From NCBI GenBank assembly GCA_965205265.1, contig CBDBGH010000003.1, forward strand, positions 1,120,001 through 1,184,000: DNA of 64,000 nucleotides, in the 5' to 3' direction. This stretch comes from Alphaproteobacteria bacterium. Lineage in GTDB: Bacteria > Pseudomonadota > Alphaproteobacteria > Bin95. Positions 42,597-50,576 of the stretch are shown piece after piece. The first letter of the stretch is position 1. Each line of letters starts with the position of its first letter. The notes beneath the pieces were generated by a model. The model ran no database searches, was not told the DNA's origin, and saw only the letters and a program-made list of their open reading frames with translations. The position numbers were made by a program, and so were the translations under genes.

Positions 42597-43132
42597 TGCG
42601 CAGGCTCATAGCGGTATGGCTGCTGTGCCTCTGCACGGCGCCGGCTCTGGCCGAGGTGCCGCAATCGGTCGTCATCGTCGTCGATACCAACAGGATCATG
42701 CGCGAGGCGCAGGCGGCGGTCGGGATCGCCCGGCAGGTGGAAGAGCTGGGAGCGCGTTACGGAAACGACTTCAATGCCGCCGAGGCGCGCCTGCGGCAGG
42801 AAGACCAGTCGCTGAAGGACCAGCGCGGCCTGCTCTCCAAGGAAGCCTACAAGGCCAGGGTGAAGGAGTTGCGCGAGCAGCTCGTGAAACTTCGCAGCAG
42901 CGCCCAGCGCCAACGGACCCTGCTGGACCGCGCGCGCGCCGAAGCGCTGCGCAAGGTCCAGCTGCAGCTGCAGATCGTGGCGCGCGAACTGGCTGCGAAG
43001 CTCGGCGCGAATATTGTCGTGCAGAAGGCCGCCCTGGTATGGGCGGACGAGAACGCCCTGGAGTTCACCGAGGACGTTCTGAACCGCTTGAACGAGGTCC
43101 TGCCGGGTGTAACAATTGAAGTTTCGGAGTAA
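42596..43132 (+). CDS. skp: OmpH/Skp periplasmic chaperone
   Basis: Signal peptide, VVDTNRI, coiled coil, FTEDVLNRLN; position after bamA. Confidence 0.85.
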   Translation: MRRLIAVWLLCLCTAPALAEVPQSVVIVVDTNRIMREAQAAVGIARQVEELGARYGNDFNAAEARLRQEDQSLKDQRGLLSKEAYKARVKELREQLVKLRSSAQRQRTLLDRARAEALRKVQLQLQIVARELAAKLGANIVVQKAALVWADENALEFTEDVLNRLNEVLPGVTIEVSE

Positions 43133-43167
43133 GCGGCGAAAGTCCCGGCGGAGGGCGGCGAGGGCAT

Positions 43168-43623
43168 ATGACTACTGACGACGCCGATATCGCAGAGATC
43201 GGCGAGGTGATGGCGACGATTCCTCATCGCTATCCCTTCCTCATGATCGATCGCGTAACCGAGATCCGGCTGGGCGAAAGCGCAGTCGGTATCAAGAATG
43301 TTTCTATCAACGAGATGCATTTCCAGGGGCATTTCCCGTCCAAGCCCGTCATGCCGGGCGTCCTGCTGGTCGAGGCGATGGCGCAGACGGCGGCCGTGCT
43401 CGTCGTGAAGACGATGGGCGATCATGTGCGGGGCAAGCTGGTCTATTTCATGACCATCGACAATGCGCGCTTCCGCCGGCCGGTCGTGCCGGGCGACCAG
43501 GTGCGCGTGGAAGTCGCGGTTCGCCGCCACCGGGGCGCGGTGTGGCGGTTCCGGGGCGAAGCCAGGGTGGACGGGGTCCTCGCGGCGGAGGCCGAATACA
43601 GCGCAATGATCCAGGGGTTGTGA
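43168..43623 (+). CDS. fabZ: 3-hydroxyacyl-ACP dehydratase
   Basis: PHRYPFLMIDR, FQGHFP...MPGVLLVEAMAQ, PVVPGD. Confidence 0.97.
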   Translation: MTTDDADIAEIGEVMATIPHRYPFLMIDRVTEIRLGESAVGIKNVSINEMHFQGHFPSKPVMPGVLLVEAMAQTAAVLVVKTMGDHVRGKLVYFMTIDNARFRRPVVPGDQVRVEVAVRRHRGAVWRFRGEARVDGVLAAEAEYSAMIQGL

Positions 43624-44429
43624 TGGCGCGCTCGATACACCCGAGCGCCGTCGTCGAGGACGGAGCGACGCTCGGCGAAGGCGTGCAGGTCGGGCCTTTC
43701 TGCCATGTGGGCGCAGAGGTCGAGCTGGCCGAAGGCTGCGTCCTCCACTCCCATGTGGCGGTGGCGGGGCGCACGGCGGTCGGTCCGCGCACCAGGATCT
43801 TTCCTTTCGCCTCGGTCGGGCACCCGCCGCAGGACCTGAAATATGCGGGCGAGCCCTCGACGCTGGAAATCGGGGCGGACAACATCATCCGCGAACACGT
43901 CACGCTGAATCCGGGCACGAAAGGCGGCGGCATGCGCACCGTCGTTGGAGACCGGAACCTGTTCATGATGGGCGCGCATGTGGCGCACGATTGCCGGGTG
44001 GGCAACGGATGCGTGCTGGCGAACAACGCCACGCTCGGCGGGCATGTCGTCCTTGAGGACGGGGCCATCGTCGGCGGCCTTGCGGCCGTTCACCAGTTCG
44101 TCCGTGTCGGCGCCCATGCGATGATCGGCGGCCTGTCCGCCGTCGTGCAGGACGTCATTCCCTACGGCATGGTATTCGGCGACCGCGCGACGCTGCGGGG
44201 CCTCAACTGGATCGGCATGAAGCGCGCGGGAACCGACCGCAAGACCCTGGCGCGGCTGCGAAAGGCGTTCCGGCAACTGTTCGACGGCGAAGGCCCGATG
44301 GGCGAACGGCTCGACGCCGTTTCGGCGGAGCACGGAGCCGATCCCATGGTGCGCCGCATCGTCGAGTTCATGGCCGCCGAATCGGACCGCGGCCTCTGCC
44401 TGCCGGAAAGCTCCGGGGATGCAGCCTAA
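43623..44429 (+). CDS. lpxA: UDP-N-acetylglucosamine acyltransferase
   Basis: Hexapeptide repeats, PQDLKY, HVAHDC, LGGHV, VHQFVRVG. Confidence 0.97.
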   Translation: MARSIHPSAVVEDGATLGEGVQVGPFCHVGAEVELAEGCVLHSHVAVAGRTAVGPRTRIFPFASVGHPPQDLKYAGEPSTLEIGADNIIREHVTLNPGTKGGGMRTVVGDRNLFMMGAHVAHDCRVGNGCVLANNATLGGHVVLEDGAIVGGLAAVHQFVRVGAHAMIGGLSAVVQDVIPYGMVFGDRATLRGLNWIGMKRAGTDRKTLARLRKAFRQLFDGEGPMGERLDAVSAEHGADPMVRRIVEFMAAESDRGLCLPESSGDAA

Positions 44430-45264
44430 GCTGGCGATCGTCGCCGGCGGCGGATCGCTGCCGCTTGCACTGGCCGAAGCCTGCCGCACGAGCGAACGGC
44501 CCTATTTCCTTCTCGGCCTGGAGGGATTTGCGGAGCCGGACCGGCTTGCGGGGCATCCGCACCGCTGGGGCCGGATCGGCGCGGTCGGCCGGGTCATCGA
44601 GACGGTTCTCGAAGAAGGGGCGGGCGAGGTGGCGTTCGCCGGCCATGTCCGCCGCCCGTCGCTGGCGGCGCTCAGGCCGGACCTGTTCACGGTTCGCCTG
44701 CTTGCCCGGACCGGCAGGAAGGCGCTGGGCGACGACGGGCTGATGCGGCTCGTGACGGAGGCGTTCGAAGGCAAGGGCCTGCGGGTGGTCGAGGTGTCGT
44801 CCATCCTGGCCGACACATTGGCCCCGCCGGGTCCGCTCGGCGCGCTGGAGCCGGACGAGACCGCGCGGGAAGACATCCGCCGCGGCCTGGAAGTGGCCGA
44901 GGCGCTCGGACGCGCCGATGCGGGCCAGGCGGTGGTCGTGCAGCAGGGAATCGTGCTGGCGATAGAAGCGGCGGAAGGCACCGACCGGATGATCGCCCGG
45001 GCCTCCCGCCTCAGGCGGGAAGGGCCGGGCGGCGTGCTGGTCAAGATGGCGAAACCCCAGCAGGACCGGCGCATGGACCTGCCGGTGATCGGCCCGGATA
45101 CGGTCGAAGCCGCGGCCGCTGCCGGGCTGCGGGGGATTGCGGTCGAGGCCGGCGGTGTGCTGGTCCTGGACCGGGAAGCGGCGGTCCGCAGCGCCGATGA
45201 AAAGGGGCTGTTCATCGCCGGCGCGGAGCCCGGCGCCGCCGAAGCCCCGCGCCGGAACGGGTAG
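44419..45264 (+). CDS. lpxI: UDP-2,3-diacylglucosamine pyrophosphatase LpxI
   Basis: AIVAGGGSLP, GQAVVV...AIEAAEGTD...KPQQDRRMDLPVIG. Confidence 0.93.
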   Translation: MQPKLAIVAGGGSLPLALAEACRTSERPYFLLGLEGFAEPDRLAGHPHRWGRIGAVGRVIETVLEEGAGEVAFAGHVRRPSLAALRPDLFTVRLLARTGRKALGDDGLMRLVTEAFEGKGLRVVEVSSILADTLAPPGPLGALEPDETAREDIRRGLEVAEALGRADAGQAVVVQQGIVLAIEAAEGTDRMIARASRLRREGPGGVLVKMAKPQQDRRMDLPVIGPDTVEAAAAAGLRGIAVEAGGVLVLDREAAVRSADEKGLFIAGAEPGAAEAPRRNG

Positions 45265-45300
45265 GGCGCCGAACCCGTTCAGGCCAGCACGGAAGTCGGG

Positions 45301-45482
45301 CCGTCCTTCGATACGCGCCGGCCTTCGCGGGGCGAAGGCCGGCGCTACTCAGGATGAGGGGGAGATGAGGCCGGTCGCTCGTGCGCGCCCCTCCCCTCAT
45401 CCTGAGCAGCGACCACGCCAGCAGATGCCTCCCCAACCCTTATCCTGAGTAGCCGACCGGAGGGAGGCGTATCGAAGGATGG
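45301..45482. repeat. Composite palindromic intergenic repeat (CCTCATCCTGAG...CGTATCGAAGGA type)
   Basis: Outer IR ccgtccttcgatacgc / gcgtatcgaaggatgg; ctactcaggatgagg and two reverse copies cct(c/t)atcctgag; inner hairpin gcgccggccttcgc/gcgaaggccggcgc. Confidence 0.8.
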
Positions 45483-45537
45483 ACCCCCGGATGGAAGCGC
45501 TGCCCGTTTCAAACCGGTCGGATATGGCGCCAACGCC

Positions 45538-45924
45538 TCAGGCGGGCGTGAAGCAGGGTACCTTCTGGCCGCCTTCGGCTTCGACGAAGACCAGCCTGAC
45601 CTTCATGCCGACGGCCAGGCTGTCGAAGTCGCAATCGACGAAGTTCGTCATCACGGTGACGCCTTCGTCCAGCCGCACATAGCCGATGGCGTATTGGGGG
45701 TCGGCCCGGCGCATGATCGAGTAGGTGTAGATCTCGCCGGTCCCCGCCGCTTCGACCGTCTCGACATTCCCGGAGAGCGTGAAGGGGCTGATCTTGCGGG
45801 GATACCAGAAGAATTTCCCGGTATCGCCGCAGCGGGGCAGCATCAGCCTGCCCTCGTTGCAGGCCTCCCAGAATTCCCGGTGTTCGACATTGGCCGGCGG
45901 CGCCGGAATCTTGCGGGCGCTCAT
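45538..45924 (-). CDS. DUF35 Zn-ribbon/OB-fold protein
   Basis: FWEACNEGRL...GEIYTYSI...YAIGYVRLDEGV...GMKVRLVF. Confidence 0.9.
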   Translation of the reverse strand: MSARKIPAPPANVEHREFWEACNEGRLMLPRCGDTGKFFWYPRKISPFTLSGNVETVEAAGTGEIYTYSIMRRADPQYAIGYVRLDEGVTVMTNFVDCDFDSLAVGMKVRLVFVEAEGGQKVPCFTPA

Positions 45925-47111
45925 GCGTCGGCCCTCCCGAGAATCGTGGTTGAACTGCCCATGCGGGTGCCGAGCGAGCCCCCGGTGCCGTGGGCGAGCG
46001 CGAGCCGGCAGTCCTTCACCTGCACGGCCGGATGGGCCTCGCCGCGCAGCTGGCGCACGGCCTCGAGCACCTTGGTGAGCCCGCCGCGGTTCATCGGGTG
46101 GTTGTTGCAGAGGCCGCCGCCATCGGTGTTGAAGGGCAGCTTGCCGGTGCCCGCGATCAGGTTGCCGTCCGAGACGAAGGCGCCGCCCTTGCCCTTCTCG
46201 CAGAAGCCCAGGTCCTCGATGGTTTCCAGCACGGTGATGGTGAAGCTGTCATAGATGGACGCATAGTCGATGTCGCCCGGGGCGACGCCGGCTTCCTCGA
46301 ACGCCTGCGGGCCGGACCAGCGCGCGCCGGTATAGGTCAGGTCCACCTGGCCGGACATCAGGTTCTTCGGCGCTTCGCCGCAGCCGAGCACCTTGACGCA
46401 ATCGCGCTTGAGCGAGGCCGCGACCTCGGGCGCCACCACGACGAACGCGCCGCCGCCGTCGGAGATCACGCAGCAGTCGAGCCGGTGCAGCGGGTCCGAG
46501 ATCATCGGCGAGTCCACCACCTCGTCCACCGTCACGACCTTGCGCAGCATGGCGTGTTCGTTGTGCTGGGCGTGGTGCGAGGCGGCGACCTTGATCCAGG
46601 CGAGCTGTTCGCTGGTGGTGCCGAATTCGTGCATGTGCCGGCGCGCGGCCATGCCGTACATGTTCACCACGGTCGGCCCGTAGATGAACTCGAAGGGCAC
46701 ATCGGGCGAAGCGTCGCCGTAATTACGGGGCGCGGTGCCGGTCGCCATGCCCTCCGAGCGCGGCCGCCCGGCGAGCGTGATGAGCGCCACCTTGCACTTG
46801 CCCGCCGCAATCGCCTGGGCGGCATGGCCGACATGGAGGACGTAGGAGGAGCCGCCGACATCGGTGGCGTCCATGTGCCGGACGTTCCTCAAGCCCATAT
46901 ATTCGATCATCGATAGCGGGCCGAGGCCCGGCGCGTCGCCTGCGCAGTAATACGCATCGACATCGTCGATGGACAGGCCGGCATCGTCGAGCGCGCCCCT
47001 GGCGCTCTCGGCGTGGAGTTGGGCGACCGACGTGTCGGTCGCCTTGCGGGTCGGGTGTTCGAAGATACCCGCAATGAAGGCTTTGCCCCTTGTGTGCATG
47101 CGTCGTTCCAT
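45921..47111 (-). CDS. Thiolase-like protein (SCP-x/Ltp2 type)
   Basis: DCCVISDGG, IYDSFT, NTDGGGL, EAVRQLRG, HGTGG; DVGGSS where the thiolase Cys normally sits. Confidence 0.9.
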   Translation of the reverse strand: MERRMHTRGKAFIAGIFEHPTRKATDTSVAQLHAESARGALDDAGLSIDDVDAYYCAGDAPGLGPLSMIEYMGLRNVRHMDATDVGGSSYVLHVGHAAQAIAAGKCKVALITLAGRPRSEGMATGTAPRNYGDASPDVPFEFIYGPTVVNMYGMAARRHMHEFGTTSEQLAWIKVAASHHAQHNEHAMLRKVVTVDEVVDSPMISDPLHRLDCCVISDGGGAFVVVAPEVAASLKRDCVKVLGCGEAPKNLMSGQVDLTYTGARWSGPQAFEEAGVAPGDIDYASIYDSFTITVLETIEDLGFCEKGKGGAFVSDGNLIAGTGKLPFNTDGGGLCNNHPMNRGGLTKVLEAVRQLRGEAHPAVQVKDCRLALAHGTGGSLGTRMGSSTTILGRADA

Positions 47112-47168
47112 TGTTGGCGGAGCGGAATCGGGTGACGGGCCTCAGCCTATGCTGCCGGACGCCAGCCC

Positions 47169-48263
47169 TCAAGGCACGATGCGCTCGCGGCGAAACTGCC
47201 GCAGCAGCTCGACCAGCATGTCCTCCGTGTCCATGCAGTCCTGGAAGCCGAATTGCCGCGCCTTGATCGTGCTGACGACAGCCGGGTTCGGGCGCTGGCC
47301 GTAGCCGAAGATGAAGTCCGCGAACTGCCAGGACGGGACGATTTCCTCCAGCCGGTGCGGGCGCAACCCGTGGCGCGCGACCATGGCGTCCCAGACGGGC
47401 CCCTTGTCCGCCATCACCCGCCGGAGCGAGCAGGGGAAGGGCTGGCCTAGCTCCATGTCGAAGACCTCGGCGACGCGCGGCCAGAGATTGTGCCAGACAT
47501 AGCAGTCGCCATTCGCGATATTGAAAGCCTCGCCGCCGGCCGCCGGCGTCTCCCCGGCCCAGGCGGCGGCGCGGGCCAGCAGCCGGGCGTCGGTCGCCTC
47601 CTGGATGCGTGGCTCGCCGCCCGGGAAGCGGAGCGGCATGCCGAGTTCCTTCGAGAGCGCCGCATAGGCCGCCACGCAGGCAAGCGCGTTCATGTTCGAG
47701 CCGACGGCGAAGCCGAAGACGACCTGCGGGCGCAGGACCGTCCAGGTCCAGCCGGCGCGGGCGGCCCTGTCCCTCAGCCAGTCCTCCTGGTCATGGTAGA
47801 AGTTCGGCCCCCAATAACGCGGCTCGCGTTCTTTCGCGGGCGTCTTGAACGGGCCGTGATGGGCGCCGTAGGCCTTTGTGCCCTGCAGCAGGGTGACATG
47901 CCGCAGGCCGGGCGAAGACGCTTCCACGGCCTCGACCGCATTGCGCAGCATGGCGAGATTGGTTTCGGCATGGTCGGGGTCGCGCCAGCCGCTCGCCACG
48001 TCGGCCTTCTCATGGACCGCCGCATAGACGACGCGGGCAATGTCGTGCAGGTCCGAAAGGCCGGCTTCGCAGGCCGCCCGGTCCCGCAGATCGACGCTCC
48101 GGAATTCGGCTCCGGTCGGGAAGTCGGGCGCCCGCCGCGACAGGCCGACGACCCGCCAGCCCGGCAGCGCGTCGAAATGCTCGACCATGGCCCGGCCGAC
48201 GGTGCCGAGCGCGCCGCAGACGAGCACGGTCCCCACGGCGGCGTCCCCGGCTCCGCTAGCCAT
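47169..48263 (-). CDS. Atypical SDR (PRISE / progesterone 5-beta-reductase-like)
   Basis: GALGTVG, GLSRR, LQGTKAYG, NFYHDQED, WTVLRP, FNIANGD. Confidence 0.82.
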   Translation of the reverse strand: MASGAGDAAVGTVLVCGALGTVGRAMVEHFDALPGWRVVGLSRRAPDFPTGAEFRSVDLRDRAACEAGLSDLHDIARVVYAAVHEKADVASGWRDPDHAETNLAMLRNAVEAVEASSPGLRHVTLLQGTKAYGAHHGPFKTPAKEREPRYWGPNFYHDQEDWLRDRAARAGWTWTVLRPQVVFGFAVGSNMNALACVAAYAALSKELGMPLRFPGGEPRIQEATDARLLARAAAWAGETPAAGGEAFNIANGDCYVWHNLWPRVAEVFDMELGQPFPCSLRRVMADKGPVWDAMVARHGLRPHRLEEIVPSWQFADFIFGYGQRPNPAVVSTIKARQFGFQDCMDTEDMLVELLRQFRRERIVP

Positions 48264-48304
48264 GCCCGAACGCCCCCAATATCGTCATGGTCGAACGCCC
48301 TCTC

Positions 48305-48391
48305 CGTCATGCCCGGACTTGTTCCGGGCATCTCCCTCGGGGGCCATCGCGGTGGCTGAAGTGGATGCCCGGAACAAGTCCGGGCATGACG
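48305..48391. repeat. CGTC-tagged REP-like doublet
   Basis: Perfect 28-bp inverted arms cgtcatgcccggacttgttccgggcatc, each arm itself a hairpin. Confidence 0.92.
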
Positions 48392-48485
48392 ATATGAGGG
48401 GTGGGCATGACGATATGAGGGGTGGGCATGATGATATGAGGGGTGGGCATGATGATATGAGGGGTGGGCATGACGATATGAGGGT
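48382..48485. repeat. Tandem repeat, 5 x 21 bp (GGGCATGA(C/T)GATATGAGGGGT)
   Basis: Units at 48382, 48403, 48424, 48445, 48466 (last one 20 bp). Confidence 0.95.
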
Positions 48486-48533
48486 CGGGACGCCGGTTCC
48501 GCTAGCCATGCGCCGGCGCCTCGCCGGAAGCGG

Positions 48534-48956
48534 CTATGCGATGATGTCCGACGCGTATTCCTCGGCCGCCTGTCGCGTCACCTCGATGAACTTCTTGGTC
48601 CCGAGCACGATGGCCTTCCTCGACACGCCGCCGTTCAGGAAGATGTAATAGTCGCAGAGGAGAAGGCTGGCGTCCTTGGTGACCGCGGCGCGGGTGATGA
48701 TGTAGCGGTCGTTTATCCGGTTGACGCATTCCAGCTTTTTCTTGAGCGACACGTCGTCCTTCAGCGGAAACAGGATTGCGAGATGAATGGCGTCCTGATG
48801 GCTCGGCAATGTCGCGATGCATTTCAGTCCGCTCTCGGTAATGACGGAATCGCCGTCGCCGTCCTGCTCGCAGTCCATATAGGCCGCATCGTATAGGGTG
48901 TGCAGGAAGTCGCGATTCAGGATCTGGGGCGTCACAAGGTCGTCGTACATCGCCAT
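48534..48956 (-). CDS. YbjN-domain protein
   Basis: 140 aa; D-x-DGD...VNRINDRY...CDYYI...GGVS pattern of the YbjN/T3SS-chaperone-like fold. Confidence 0.65.
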   Translation of the reverse strand: MAMYDDLVTPQILNRDFLHTLYDAAYMDCEQDGDGDSVITESGLKCIATLPSHQDAIHLAILFPLKDDVSLKKKLECVNRINDRYIITRAAVTKDASLLLCDYYIFLNGGVSRKAIVLGTKKFIEVTRQAAEEYASDIIA

Positions 48957-49097
48957 CGTCCGGCGCCTCGCCCGATTCCGCGCTCCACGAATACCCGGAC
49001 CATATGCGCGCGGTCCCGCCTGCGCAAGATGGAAGGCTGTTGCGGAAACCGGCGCAAGCGGGCAAGGTAAGGCAAGGAACGAAAGGGAGGGACCCCG

Positions 49098-50264
49098 ATG
49101 TACCTGCGCACACTCGCTGCAGCGGCTTTGGCGGCCGGGCTGGCGGCTCCGGCCTTCGCGGCCGACCTGCCGAAGACCGTGACGCTCACGGCCTACGGCA
49201 CCACTTCGTCAGGCTATGCCCAGTCCATCGCCATCGGCGCCATGCTCAAGCAGAAGCACGATGTCGAACTGCGCGTGATCCCGGGCAAGAACGACGTCTC
49301 GCGCATGATTCCGGTCGCGAAGAAGCGCGCGCATCTCTGCGCCTGCGGCATCGCCGCCGCCTTCACGCAGGAAGGCGTGTTCATGTTCGGCTCCAAGGCC
49401 TGGGGGCCGATGGCGATCCGCAACCTCTACAACAACGCCAAGGGGCCTCACGGGCTGATGCCGGTGGTCGCGGGCGATGCGGGCATCAAGACCGCCGCCG
49501 ACCTCAAGGGCAAGAATATGGCGTGGATCAAGGGCGCCCCGGCGCTCAACGTCAACCTCACGGCGTTGATGGCCTTCGGCGGCGTCACCTGGGACGATGT
49601 GACCAGGGTCGAGTTCCCCGGCTGGAAGCAGGCCGTGGACGGCGTGATCGGCGGCCAGGCCGACGCGGTCATGGTCTCCACCATGTCGCCGCATGTGAAC
49701 CGGCTGATGGCGTCGCCGCGTGGCAATTGGTGGATCTCGCTGCCCCATGACGACAAGGAAGGCTGGGCCCGGGCCAAGAGTGTGGCGCCGTTCTGGAACC
49801 CGAACAGGGTCACGCTCGGCATCGGCCTCGAGAACAATGAGAGCGGCCAGCCCGAATTCGACGGCCAGATGTATCCCTATCCGATCATCATCGGCCTCGC
49901 CGGCGACATAGACGACGACTTCACCTACGCCATGACCAAGGCGGTGATGGAAGGCTATGAAGGCGAGGGCGGCTACGGGACGCTGAAGGGCACGGCGGGC
50001 TACCAGATCGAAGCCCAGAACCTCCAGTGGATATTCCCCTATGCGGGCGGCTCGGTCCGTTACTACAAGGAAGCGGGTGCCTGGGGCGCAGAGGAAGAAG
50101 CGCACAACAACGCGCTGCTGAAGCGCCAGGACGTGCTGATCGGCGCGTGGAAGACCTACTACGCGGCCAACAAGGACATGGACGACGACGCCTTCGAGGC
50201 AGGCTGGGCCGAGGCCCGCAAGGAAGCGTTGGCGGCGGCCGGTCTGGACGCGCCGTTCTCGTGA
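49098..50264 (+). CDS. TAXI-family TRAP transporter solute-binding protein
   Basis: Signal peptide; TAYGTTSSGY; IKTAADLKGK; GSVRYYKEAG; upstream of fused TRAP permease. Confidence 0.88.
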   Translation: MYLRTLAAAALAAGLAAPAFAADLPKTVTLTAYGTTSSGYAQSIAIGAMLKQKHDVELRVIPGKNDVSRMIPVAKKRAHLCACGIAAAFTQEGVFMFGSKAWGPMAIRNLYNNAKGPHGLMPVVAGDAGIKTAADLKGKNMAWIKGAPALNVNLTALMAFGGVTWDDVTRVEFPGWKQAVDGVIGGQADAVMVSTMSPHVNRLMASPRGNWWISLPHDDKEGWARAKSVAPFWNPNRVTLGIGLENNESGQPEFDGQMYPYPIIIGLAGDIDDDFTYAMTKAVMEGYEGEGGYGTLKGTAGYQIEAQNLQWIFPYAGGSVRYYKEAGAWGAEEEAHNNALLKRQDVLIGAWKTYYAANKDMDDDAFEAGWAEARKEALAAAGLDAPFS

Positions 50265-50402
50265 CCGTCAAAGGCAGGAAACTGCCGAACTGAACCGGAA
50301 ATGGACCCGCCATGCGCCGCGTGTGGCGGGTCCTTCCTTGCCCCGAACCTGGCCTACGAATCGGCCGGAGCGCGTTGCATTGCAAGTTGGTTAGCGCCCA
50401 CA

Positions 50403-50513
50403 CCGTCATGCCCGGACTTGTTCCGGGCATCTCCCTCCACCGTCTCCGGCGGACGGCCGCATGGATACCCGGAACAAGTCCGGGTATGACGGAGAGAGTC
50501 GGGGGCATGACGG
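50403..50513. repeat. CGTC-tagged REP-like doublet with one extra 21-bp-spaced foot
   Basis: Arms ccgtcatgcccggacttgttccgggcatc / gatacccggaacaagtccgggtatgacgg; second gggcatgacgg at 50503. Confidence 0.9.
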
Positions 50514-50576
50514 GTGAGTAGCCGGATGCTCCGGGTCGAACCGATGCAAACTTCGGAAACAGGACATTAACGCGCC

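Noticed and set aside
48382-48485. Possible CRISPR array
   Set aside because: Units are head-to-tail with no unique spacers, and no cas genes are in the window
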